From: Terriglobia bacterium
GTDB taxonomy: Bacteria; Acidobacteriota; Terriglobia; 20CM-2-55-15
Length of the DNA stretch: 64,000 nucleotides
Assembly: GCA_965198225.1 (NCBI GenBank)
Contig: CBDAOY010000007.1
Coordinates: 480,001-544,000, forward strand
Reading direction: 5' to 3'
Part shown: one piece after another, positions 49,268 to 58,162 of the stretch
Numbering within the stretch: the stretch's first letter is position 1
How the letters are laid out: every line of letters begins with the position of its first letter
The notes under the pieces: generated by a model
Database searches by the model: none
Told to the model about the DNA's origin: nothing
Seen by the model: only the letters and a program-made list of their open reading frames with translations
Translations under genes and position numbers: made by a program

Positions 49268-50363
49268 GAGTGTAGGTGCGGTCTATGACCGCACATTTTT
49301 CAGGTTCGAGGGATGTGCGCTCATAGAGCGCACCTACACCCAGGCGAGAGATTCCGGCCCAGGCAAGTGCACGGCTCTTCTCGTTCTGTTTCTGATCCTT
49401 CTCTCATGTTCAGCTCCGGAATCTACCGAGGAACTCTCGACTGTCCGCATTGCCGTCGGCGGTCAGGCCCAGTACGTCTACCTGCCGCTGACGCTCGCCG
49501 ATAAGCTCGGTTATTTTGCCGAGGAAGGCCTTGAGGTTGAAATCTCTGATCTCCGGGGCGGTTCCCAGGCGCTTGCTGCCCTGACAGGGGGGTCGGTCGA
49601 TGCGGTCGTCGGCTTCTACGAACACACGATACGGTCTCAGGCACGTGGGAAAGGGCTTGTGATGGTGACGCTCTTCGATCGCATTCCCGGGCTGGTGATG
49701 ATGATCGGAACCCCTCACGCAGATGAAGTCCGCTCGATCGGGGACCTGGTCGGAAAGCCGTTCGGGGTCACCGCTCCGGGCTCGTCCACCGATGCGATGG
49801 TCAAGTTCCTCCTGAGAAAGGAAGGGTACGATCCGCAGGCGATTCCCGTCGTGACGGCCGGCACGACCACGATGATCGCGGCGATCGAACAGGACCAGGT
49901 GTGGGGCGGCATCACCGTCGACCCCCTGGCGCAGAAGCTCGAACGGGACGGGACGGCCCGCCCACTCTATGACACGCGAACCGAGGAAGGAACTCGAGAG
50001 GTGTTCGGCGGACCCTGGCCGGCCGGAGGCCTCTATATCGCGGAGGAATCCCGGAGCGAAAGTCCGCGTGTGGTTCAGGCGTTGGTCAATGCGGCGGTCC
50101 GTACCCTGCGTTACATCTCCACACACTCCGCCGGCGAGATAGCCGACCACGTGCCCGAATTCTGGGTGGCAGGGAACCGCGACCTCTATGTCGAAGCGCT
50201 CGACGCCAACCTTGGAATGTTCAGCCCGGACGGTCGGATGCCGGAAGACGGCCCGGCCAATGTCCTCGATACATTAAGCCTCGTGGATCCGACTCTGAGT
50301 CCGGACTCCATCGACCTGGAACGCACCTACGACAACTCGTTCGCCAGCCGCGTTCCCGACTAG
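49257..50363 (+). CDS. NitT/TauT ABC substrate-binding lipoprotein; start uncertain, REP inside the 5' end
   Basis: Lipobox LLSC, YLPLTLA..LGYF, GVTAPGSST. Confidence 0.85.
   Translation: MRHRSVGAVYDRTFFRFEGCALIERTYTQARDSGPGKCTALLVLFLILLSCSAPESTEELSTVRIAVGGQAQYVYLPLTLADKLGYFAEEGLEVEISDLRGGSQALAALTGGSVDAVVGFYEHTIRSQARGKGLVMVTLFDRIPGLVMMIGTPHADEVRSIGDLVGKPFGVTAPGSSTDAMVKFLLRKEGYDPQAIPVVTAGTTTMIAAIEQDQVWGGITVDPLAQKLERDGTARPLYDTRTEEGTREVFGGPWPAGGLYIAEESRSESPRVVQALVNAAVRTLRYISTHSAGEIADHVPEFWVAGNRDLYVEALDANLGMFSPDGRMPEDGPANVLDTLSLVDPTLSPDSIDLERTYDNSFASRVPD
49270..49339. repeat. GTAG-type REP doublet within the 5' end of the SBP ORF
   Basis: Same family as 5027-5097. Confidence 0.9.
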
Positions 50364-50390
50364 TTGTCGCTCCGGTCGACGGGATAGCCG

Positions 50391-50656
50391 GTGTAGGTGC
50401 GGTCTATGACCGCACACTTCGAGCCGAAACGATGTGCGCCCTATCAAGCTGTGAACGAATGTCATTTGTTGGAGAATCGGGTGGCGGGGCTTTTCACGAA
50501 GAACCTGCGATCCTCAAGTGTATGCGCCCTATGAGCGCACAAATGTCCGCGGGACCACAAGTTGTGCGGTCATAGACCGCACCTACACGTGAAAAGCCCC
50601 GCCACCCGATTTTCCGTTCCCATAATTCGTTCACAGCTTGTATGAGCGCACCTACA
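50391..50656. repeat. REP doublet split by a nested MITE
   Basis: Left part ends gtgcgccctat at 50444; the remainder tatgagcgcacctaca resumes at 50641. Confidence 0.8.
50445..50640. mobile_element. 196-bp MITE-like element carrying its own REP doublet
   Basis: 16-bp perfect TIR caagctgtgaacgaat, 24-bp inner IR aatcgggtggcggggcttttcacg, TAT on both flanks. Confidence 0.7.
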
Positions 50657-51515
50657 GGAGCCTGGAATCGACTTTTTCTTCGGGTGCGATAGACGGATCG
50701 ATATCCATCCCGAGCACTCGCGCGAGAACAAAATGAAGCTGCCGCACGCCTTCGGTGAGGGCAGCCGGTCCAGGTTGAAGGATGTAGGTGGACTTGACTT
50801 CGTAAAGGTTGCCGTTCTTGACAGCTTCCACTCCCGACCAGGTTTCGCGATCCCGCACGAAATCCGGGTTGAACCGCACGCCGCACCAGGATCCGATCAC
50901 GATGTCGGGATTCTTTCGGGCGACAGTCTTCGGGTCGAGGATTCGGTCCTTGGCCAGGGCCTTGTCCCGGAGTTCCGGGAACATCGACTCCCCTCCTGCG
51001 ATCTCGAGTAATTCGTCCACCCACCGTATGCCGCTGATCAGTGGATCGTTCCATTCCTCGAAGAACACCCGGGGTCGACGCTCGAAGCGGGCTGCCGATG
51101 CCTCGATGGCTTTCAGCCCACCCTGAAGTTCTGCGACGAGTGCGTCACCCTTGCCTCCAGCTCCCACCAGTCGTGCCACCGTCAGAATCATCTCCAGGAT
51201 CTCAGCCACGCTCCGCTGGTTGAACGTGAACACCGCCGCCCCACGCCGAATCAGTTCGGCCGCGATGTCGGCCTGCAGGTCGGAGAATGCCAGCACGAGG
51301 TCGGGTTCCAGGGCAAGGATCTTGTCGAACTTGGCATTGATGAAAGCGGAGACCTTCGGCTTTTGCCGGGCTTCGGGCGGTCGAACCGTGTAGCCGGAGA
51401 TCCCGACGATGCGTTCCTGTTCGCCGAGGAGGTAGAGCGTCTCGGTGGTCTCTTCGGTCAGACAGATAATCCGCCGGGGGTAGGAGCGAGCGTCGGCTGT
51501 TCCAGCGTGGCTCAT
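50652..51515 (-). CDS. Cobalamin/Fe3+-siderophore-type helical-backbone binding protein (BtuF-like)
   Basis: PRRIICLTEETTETLYLLG, LEPDLV, FEEWNDP, ILQPGP. Confidence 0.8.
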   Translation of the reverse strand: MSHAGTADARSYPRRIICLTEETTETLYLLGEQERIVGISGYTVRPPEARQKPKVSAFINAKFDKILALEPDLVLAFSDLQADIAAELIRRGAAVFTFNQRSVAEILEMILTVARLVGAGGKGDALVAELQGGLKAIEASAARFERRPRVFFEEWNDPLISGIRWVDELLEIAGGESMFPELRDKALAKDRILDPKTVARKNPDIVIGSWCGVRFNPDFVRDRETWSGVEAVKNGNLYEVKSTYILQPGPAALTEGVRQLHFVLARVLGMDIDPSIAPEEKVDSRLL

Positions 51516-51617
51516 TGAGACATTATCCCTTTTAACAGCTTCTTTACATCCCCGAGCCAACCTGAAACAGCTTTTTCCCGTCTGAATAACTGAACCGACG
51601 AACTAGAGGAGAAACCC

Positions 51618-51920
51618 ATGGTCTGGTCCGATTTTGAGAGTCTTTGCCGCTGGAGATACAGGTTGATGCCTCTCCGTCCGGAGTTGAGCGATGCGGCCGA
51701 GCGACTGCGTCGGGAAGTCGGGTCCGACGGGCGTCTGATGGCCAGTCCGCGTCGCGAGAACTTCTATGAGATCGTTCAGGGAGGACGCTGGTATTTCGTG
51801 CATGTCCATCACGCGAGTCGAACTATCTATCTGATTGCTTCTACATCAGTTGCCCGGATTGCCAGCCGCCTCCAGCCAGCCCTCGAGCGCTCTCGACTGC
51901 TATCAGAGGCAGGCGCGTAG
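51618..51920 (+). CDS. Hypothetical protein
   Basis: GAGGAG RBS, 100-aa ORF filling the intergenic space. Confidence 0.55.
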   Translation: MVWSDFESLCRWRYRLMPLRPELSDAAERLRREVGSDGRLMASPRRENFYEIVQGGRWYFVHVHHASRTIYLIASTSVARIASRLQPALERSRLLSEAGA

Positions 51921-52044
51921 TATCTTCGAACGCCGCTGCCACATTCCCACTCCGACGAAGATCGCTTTTCAAACTCCACAAATCTCAGAAAAATAACCAT
52001 TTAGGTCTGATCGAGGTGGAGGTTTTTCCTTCAAGGTTCGATGC

Positions 52045-53640
52045 TTGCCTGCCGATACACCGAATATGTGGGTAGCGTTCGCCATTGCTGGCGCTCTTGT
52101 CGCGATCGTGCTGCACGACGTGTCGCAGCGGAAACACGCCATTCTCCGAAACTATCCTATTATAGGGCACTTACGGTACCTTCTTGAGAAAGTGGGCCCG
52201 GAACTGCGCCAGTACATCGTCACGGGCAATAACGAAGAGAGACCGTTCAGCCGCGACCAGAGAAGTTGGGTCTACGCGTCCTCGAAGCGTCAGAACAACT
52301 ACTCCGGCTTCGGTACGGACGACGAACTGGAGCTGTCGCCCAACTACCTGATTATCAAACAGTCGGCTTTTCCAATGAACTCGGTCCTTCCGGGGGAGCC
52401 GGGTCATGACCCGCTTCATCCGATCCCGGTTGCCAAGGTGCTCGGTGGGGCGCGCGGGCGACGCCAGGCCTTCCGGCCATCCTCCATCGTGAACGTTTCG
52501 GGGATGAGTTACGGATCGTTGAGTTCGGCTGCGGTCGAGGCGATCAACCGCGGATGCCGCGGGGCGGGATGTTTGCACAACACGGGCGAGGGCGGCATCT
52601 CACCCTTCCACCAGTTCGGCGGCGAGCTGATATGGCAGCTGGGTACGGGCTATTTCGGTTGTCGCGATGAGCAGGGCCGCTTCTCGAAGGTACGGTTTCT
52701 CGAAACCGTTGCCTCCAACAAGATCCGGGCGATCGAAATCAAGCTCAGTCAGGGCGCCAAGCCGGGCCTGGGCGGCGTGCTGCCCGGAGCCAAGGTCACG
52801 GAGGAAATCGCCCGGGTCCGCGGCATTCCGGTAGGCGAGACTTGTATGAGTCCGAACAGCCACAGCGCCTTCGGCAATGTCGACAGCATGCTGGACTTCG
52901 TGGAAGACCTGGCCGACGCCAGCGGTCTTCCGGTCGGGATCAAGTCGGCAGTCGGCGATCTCGGTTTCTGGAGTGAATTGGCCGAACAGATGGTGACCAC
53001 CGGGCGCGGTGTGGACTTCGTGACGATCGACGGCGGCGAGGGCGGAACCGGCGCGGCTCCGCTGGTCTTCGCCGACCATGTCGCCCTGCCGTTCAAGAAC
53101 GGCTTCAGCCGCGTCTATCGAGAGTTCGCCGAGGTCGGTATCCACGAAGACGTCGTTTTCGTCGGTTCCGGCAAACTGGGCTTTCCCGAAGCGGCGGTCT
53201 TCGCCTTCGCGCTTGGTTGCGACATGATCGCGGTGGCGCGCGAGCCGATGATGTCGATCGGATGTATTCAGGCGCAGCGGTGCCACACGGGACATTGTCC
53301 GGCTGGAATCGCAACCCAGAACAAGTGGCTCATGCGCGGGTTGGACCCGACGCTGAAGTCCGATCGGCTGACCAATTACATCTGCACCCTCCGGAAGGAA
53401 ATCGAGGCGATCTCCCGTGCGTGCGGAGTATGCCATCCCTCCTTGCTTTCCGACGAACATCTGGAGGTCCTGGACGGACGCTTCGGCACTTCGTCTCTGT
53501 TCGAACTGTTCGGCTACCGCGGCGGATGGGGTCTACCCTCGTCCGAAGATCAGCGCGCGATCTATCGCATCATGGGAGCGGAAGAACTCGAATCCGCTGG
53601 CGCCCGCCAGACCGCTCCGATCATGAAGCTTGTCAGCTAG
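52045..53640 (+). CDS. FMN-binding glutamate synthase family protein (copy 1)
   Basis: MSYGSLS, NTGEGG, IKLSQGAKPG, DGGEGGTGAAP, CIQAQRCHTGHCP. Confidence 0.9.
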   Translation: MPADTPNMWVAFAIAGALVAIVLHDVSQRKHAILRNYPIIGHLRYLLEKVGPELRQYIVTGNNEERPFSRDQRSWVYASSKRQNNYSGFGTDDELELSPNYLIIKQSAFPMNSVLPGEPGHDPLHPIPVAKVLGGARGRRQAFRPSSIVNVSGMSYGSLSSAAVEAINRGCRGAGCLHNTGEGGISPFHQFGGELIWQLGTGYFGCRDEQGRFSKVRFLETVASNKIRAIEIKLSQGAKPGLGGVLPGAKVTEEIARVRGIPVGETCMSPNSHSAFGNVDSMLDFVEDLADASGLPVGIKSAVGDLGFWSELAEQMVTTGRGVDFVTIDGGEGGTGAAPLVFADHVALPFKNGFSRVYREFAEVGIHEDVVFVGSGKLGFPEAAVFAFALGCDMIAVAREPMMSIGCIQAQRCHTGHCPAGIATQNKWLMRGLDPTLKSDRLTNYICTLRKEIEAISRACGVCHPSLLSDEHLEVLDGRFGTSSLFELFGYRGGWGLPSSEDQRAIYRIMGAEELESAGARQTAPIMKLVS

Positions 53641-53696
53641 GACCCCCACTCGGCCAACAGCCGTTGACTGTATTCGTTTACGCGGCTTAACATGGC

Positions 53697-55298
53697 GTGA
53701 AGCAACCGGATATGCTCACGACATGGATTCTCCCTGCCATCGGTTTGATACTGGTTGGCGTTATAGTTTTTGACCTCGTCCAGCGCAAGCACGCCATCCT
53801 GCGGAATTTCCCGATCCTCGGTCACTTTCGCTACATTTTCGAGGCCGTCGGTCCGGAACTGCGCCAGTACATCGTCACCAGCAACAACGAAGAGAGGCCG
53901 TTCAACAGAGACCAGCGGAGCTGGATCTACGCGTCGTCAAAGCGTCAGAACAACTACTTTGGTTTCGGTACCGACGACGAGTTGGAGCTATCCCCGAACT
54001 ATCTCATCTTCAAGCACGCGGCTTTTCCGATCGACGCCAGCCATCCAGGAGAGCCTGGTTACGACCCGATGTATCCGCTGCCCTGCGCCAAGGTCTTGGG
54101 GCGCAAGCGAAATCGGAAGAAGGCGTTCCGGCCGAACTCCGTCATCAACGTTTCCGCGATGAGCTTCGGGTCTCTGAGTTCCGCTGCCGTGTCAGCGCTG
54201 AACCGGGGCTGTACCCTGGCGGATTGTCTTCACAACACCGGCGAGGGGGGCATCTCTCCGTACCATAAGCTGGGCGGCGATCTCATCTGGCAGATCGGTA
54301 CCGGCTACTTCGGCTGCCGCGACGAGCGGGGTCGCTTTTCGATGGACAAGTTCCTCGAGGCGGTATCGTCCGCACCGGTTCGTGCGATCGAAGTCAAGCT
54401 CAGCCAGGGGGCGAAACCCGGCATAGGCGGTGTGCTCCCGGCCGCCAAGGTGACGGCGGAAATTGCGGCGATCCGCGGTATTCCAGTCGGTCAGACATGC
54501 GTCAGTCCATCGGCGCACAGCGCGTTCTCGGACGTCGACAGCATGCTGGACTTCATCGAAGATCTGGCGGCGGTTTCGGGTCTGCCTGTCGGAATCAAGT
54601 CCGCTGTCGGCCAGATGGGTTTCTGGAGGGAACTCGGACACCAGATGGCGACGAGTGGTCGCGGCGTCGACTTCGTGACGATTGACGGCGGCGAAGGTGG
54701 AACCGGTGCGGCCCCGCTCGTGTTCAGCGATCACGTCGCGCTGCCGTTCAAGCAGGGGTTCAGCCGCGTCTACCGAGAACTGGCCGAGGCCGGCGTTCAC
54801 AACGACGTCGTCTTCATCGGTTCGGCTAAACTGGGATTCCCCGAAAACGCCATTCTCTCTTTCGCCCTCGGATGCGACATGGTTGGCGTGGCGCGAGAAG
54901 CCATGATGTCGATCGGCTGTATTCAGGCCCAGCGCTGTCACTCCGGACATTGCCCGACCGGTGTGGCGACCCAGAATCGGTGGCTGGTCCGAGGGTTGGA
55001 TCCGGAATCCAAGGCCGATCGCTTCGCGAATTACGTGTGCACCCTCCGCAAGGAGCTCATCTCAATTGCCCGGGCCTGCGGCGTATGCCACCCGGCGATG
55101 CTCACCGACTCTCACATCGAGATCCTCGACGGTCGTTTCGGTGCCGCCTCGCTCTTTGAGGTCTTCGGCTATCGCGACGATTGGGGCCTGCCCTCGCTGG
55201 AGGATCGGGAGGAGATCCGCCGGATCATCGAGGCCGGCTGCCCGAAGCTCGGAGAGGCCGCCCGGCGTCTCGAGATGGAGGGGATACCGGGCGACTGA
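53697..55298 (+). CDS. FMN-binding glutamate synthase family protein (copy 2)
   Basis: Same motifs, colinear with copy 1; start may be 53712. Confidence 0.9.
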   Translation: MKQPDMLTTWILPAIGLILVGVIVFDLVQRKHAILRNFPILGHFRYIFEAVGPELRQYIVTSNNEERPFNRDQRSWIYASSKRQNNYFGFGTDDELELSPNYLIFKHAAFPIDASHPGEPGYDPMYPLPCAKVLGRKRNRKKAFRPNSVINVSAMSFGSLSSAAVSALNRGCTLADCLHNTGEGGISPYHKLGGDLIWQIGTGYFGCRDERGRFSMDKFLEAVSSAPVRAIEVKLSQGAKPGIGGVLPAAKVTAEIAAIRGIPVGQTCVSPSAHSAFSDVDSMLDFIEDLAAVSGLPVGIKSAVGQMGFWRELGHQMATSGRGVDFVTIDGGEGGTGAAPLVFSDHVALPFKQGFSRVYRELAEAGVHNDVVFIGSAKLGFPENAILSFALGCDMVGVAREAMMSIGCIQAQRCHSGHCPTGVATQNRWLVRGLDPESKADRFANYVCTLRKELISIARACGVCHPAMLTDSHIEILDGRFGAASLFEVFGYRDDWGLPSLEDREEIRRIIEAGCPKLGEAARRLEMEGIPGD

Positions 55299-55391
55299 CC
55301 GCACTTCTCACCGACCCCGAGCCCCGCTGTCGGGGCATTCGGTCCCCGTCTCCGATCTGACTGAGCACCGAGAACTCCCTCATCCTGTTGC

Positions 55392-55536
55392 ATTGCAGAT
55401 TGGTCATCGGACGAATCCACATTGGAAGTTGGAGATTGCAGATTGCTCGATTTCTTATTGGTCGGAAATCTGAAAATGAAGCAATCTCCAATGAGCAACC
55501 TGCAATATGGATTGTTCAGATATCGCGATTTGCAAT
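55392..55536. repeat. Solo relative of the 297-bp array palindrome, arms swapped
   Basis: Shares cattggaagttggagattg and caatgagcaacctgcaat with the array, in the opposite order. Confidence 0.7.
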
Positions 55537-55571
55537 AAGACGCACCAGTTTCCGGAGACTGTTACAGGTCA

Positions 55572-56129
55572 CTAGGGGCCAGGGAAGTGGCGGAATTCCC
55601 TCTGGATGAAACCTGTTCCGTTATCGCCGAAAAAGAAGAATTCGCCCGGGCCTCCGGTCAGTCCCAACATGCGAAAGATCGTATTCCCACCGGCCTTTTT
55701 CAGCGTTTCCAGCAGGTCGCGCTGATCCGTCGTCAGGAGGTTCTCGAAATCCGTCTGGAACTGCACCTGACTTTCCCCCAGTTGTTCCGAGACAGCCTGC
55801 CGTTCGAGATATGCGGTGCCAACCGCTGTAGCGTCTCCCCCTTCGGCGAGTGCATCGAGCGTCCGGCTCTTCTCGCGCAGTTCCCGGGTCAGATCCCTGG
55901 TGGTCTGGCTTCGTTCTTCGACGATCGCCTCCAGGCTGGCCATCTGACTTTCTGTGAGGTCGAGCAACTCCCGCACCCGATCCAGCCGGTTGTCCGAGCG
56001 CCACTCGAAGAGAGCGTGGTCGCCTTCTCCTCTGTACACGTGGATTTCGTGTTCGGTGCTTTCCTGGGCCAGGCCGGGTGTCGAGAGAACCAGAGCCGCC
56101 AGCGCGGCGAACAAAGTGCGGGTCGTCAT
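55572..56129 (-). CDS. Spy/CpxP-like periplasmic protein
   Basis: Signal peptide, LDLTESQ and LLTTDQR (LTxxQ motifs). Confidence 0.72.
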   Translation of the reverse strand: MTTRTLFAALAALVLSTPGLAQESTEHEIHVYRGEGDHALFEWRSDNRLDRVRELLDLTESQMASLEAIVEERSQTTRDLTRELREKSRTLDALAEGGDATAVGTAYLERQAVSEQLGESQVQFQTDFENLLTTDQRDLLETLKKAGGNTIFRMLGLTGGPGEFFFFGDNGTGFIQREFRHFPGP

Positions 56130-56314
56130 AGGTCGATGCTCCTTGTGATGTCAGTTCACTGTTACAGGCCACTAATTCCAGCCTAGCGGTTCCGGTCGGT
56201 CCCGATGGTTAAGACGAAGAAAACCTTTTGTAAAGAACGTAAAGGAGCAGCTAACAGCCGTCGGCTGTCAGCCATCAGCTTCGGGCGCTGAGAGCTGAGT
56301 GCTGATCGCTTATT

Positions 56315-58044
56315 TCAAGCGTCGAGGTTCGGGTGACGAAGGTGAAAGTCGGTGGCGTCCTGATAGGCCCTCGCGAGAGTGAGCATTTCGGCTTCGCCGT
56401 ATAGCTTGCCCACGAAGAGAATACCGGTGGGCATGTCGTCGGAAGTAAACCCGTTGGGTACCGACACTCCGGGGTGCCCGGTCAGATTGTTGGCTCTGTT
56501 GTTCGGGCTGCCTCCGGACGGAGCGACATAGACGTCGATGTCGCGGAGCGCTTCCGCCATTCCTTCCATCAGCAGCATCCGGAGCCGGTTCATCTGCAAG
56601 TACTCGACTGCGGGGACCAGCCTGGTGTTACGAATCAACATCGCTTCCGGTTCCGTCCGGTCCTTGATGAGCAACTCATCCCGACCGCTGCGGGTCAACT
56701 CGTCGAAGACCGCTGCCTCTTCGGAGAGCAGCATGGTCAGCGCGTTCATGCCCGCGTGTTCGGGCAGGCGCACGGGAACCAGATCAACCCCAAGCTCCCT
56801 GAGGGCATCCAGGGTGGCGAGGTCGTTCCTCCTCGCGGCGGTCCCGTTCGCTCCGCGTGGTTCGGAATCGAATGCCTCCTGGAGGTAGCCGATGCGCAGA
56901 GAGTCGATCCCCCGTCGCCCATCCCAGTTGAACGGTCTGTCGACCAGAGAGAGGTCCCGCCCGTCTGGACCGAGATCGCGTCGAACACGATGGAGCAGTC
57001 TTCGACTGCACGGCACATCGGCCCGACCTTGTCGAGGCTCCAGCTTGCCGGCATCACCCCGAAGCGACTCACCCTCCCGTAGGTGGGGCGCATGCCCGTG
57101 ATCCCGCAGCGTCTTGACGGTCCGACGATCGATCCCAGCGTCTCGGTTCCGATCGCAAACCCCACCAGGCCGGCAGCGGTCGCAGCCGCCGGTCCCGCGG
57201 ATGACCCGCCGGATCCCTCCGCCGGATTCCAGGGGTTATTGGTCCGGCCGCCGAACCAGCGGTCACCGCGGGCGAGCTCTCCGGAGGTCAACTTCGCGAC
57301 GAGAACGGCGCCGGCTTCTTCGAGTCTTTCGACGACCGTGCTGTTGGTGTCGATGACCTGGTCCTTGTAGGCTTCCGAGCCCCAGGTCGTCTTGTAACCG
57401 CGTCGTGCCAGCAGGTCTTTGGCGCCCCACGGGATGCCGTGCAGCGGGCCCCGGTATCTCCCGGCGGCAATCTCTTCGTCTGCCCGCGCCGCCTGTTCAG
57501 AGGCGAGTTCTTCGGTAAGGGTGACCACGCAGTTCAGCAAAGGGTTGTACTTCTTGAGCCGGTTCAGGTACATCCGTGTCAATTCCACGGATGTGACCCG
57601 CCGCGTTTCGATCAGTCGAGCCAGGTGGATAAGGGGCCAGAAGGCGACGTCCTCGAGGTCGGCCGGTCTTTCGAGAGGGGGCGGAGCGCTGAATCGGATG
57701 AGTCTTCGTTCATCGTCGAACGTCATCCCCGCGACCGCGGGGTTGAAGTAGAGGGGCGGCACCACACTCGGATCGAGTGGAATCTGTCGAAGCTCCTCGA
57801 AGCTGGCGAGGTTGTCGTTGACACCTTCGACCATCTCCGCCCGTTGTTCAGGCGAAAACTCCAGCCCGGCCAGCCGCGCTGCTTCGTCGATCATCTCGCT
57901 GGTGATTCGTTGCTCGCCTTCGGCCGACTGTGCCCATAACACACCAGGGAAGAGCGTCGACGTAAGGCCCAGGCTCCCCAAATACGCCAGGAAACATCTT
58001 CTCCGAAGACGATGGCCGTCCTGATGTGTGTCGGTGTCGCTCAT
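56315..58044 (-). pseudogene. Amidase-signature family enzyme with Tat-like signal, frameshift near 56972
   Basis: GPLHGIPWGAKD, GGSSAG, GTETLGSI; after FDAI the sequence GPDGRDLSLVD...NLTGHPGVSVP continues in another frame. Confidence 0.82.
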
Positions 58045-58162
58045 CTCTTTTCCGATCTGACTATCCGGGGCCGTGTAGGAGGTCTTTACCGTCGCAGCCG
58101 AGACCCTCTGCCACTCTTCCGCGATCAGGTTAGCGCGCGCGCTCATCTCGGCTTTCGGCGGG

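Noticed and set aside
56245-56312. cagc/gctga heptamer patch as an ncRNA
   Set aside because: Short low-complexity inverted heptamers between genes, with no further support.
56940-57000. Programmed ribosomal frameshift in the amidase
   Set aside because: No slippery heptamer seen; a simple 1-nt deletion or sequencing error is more likely.
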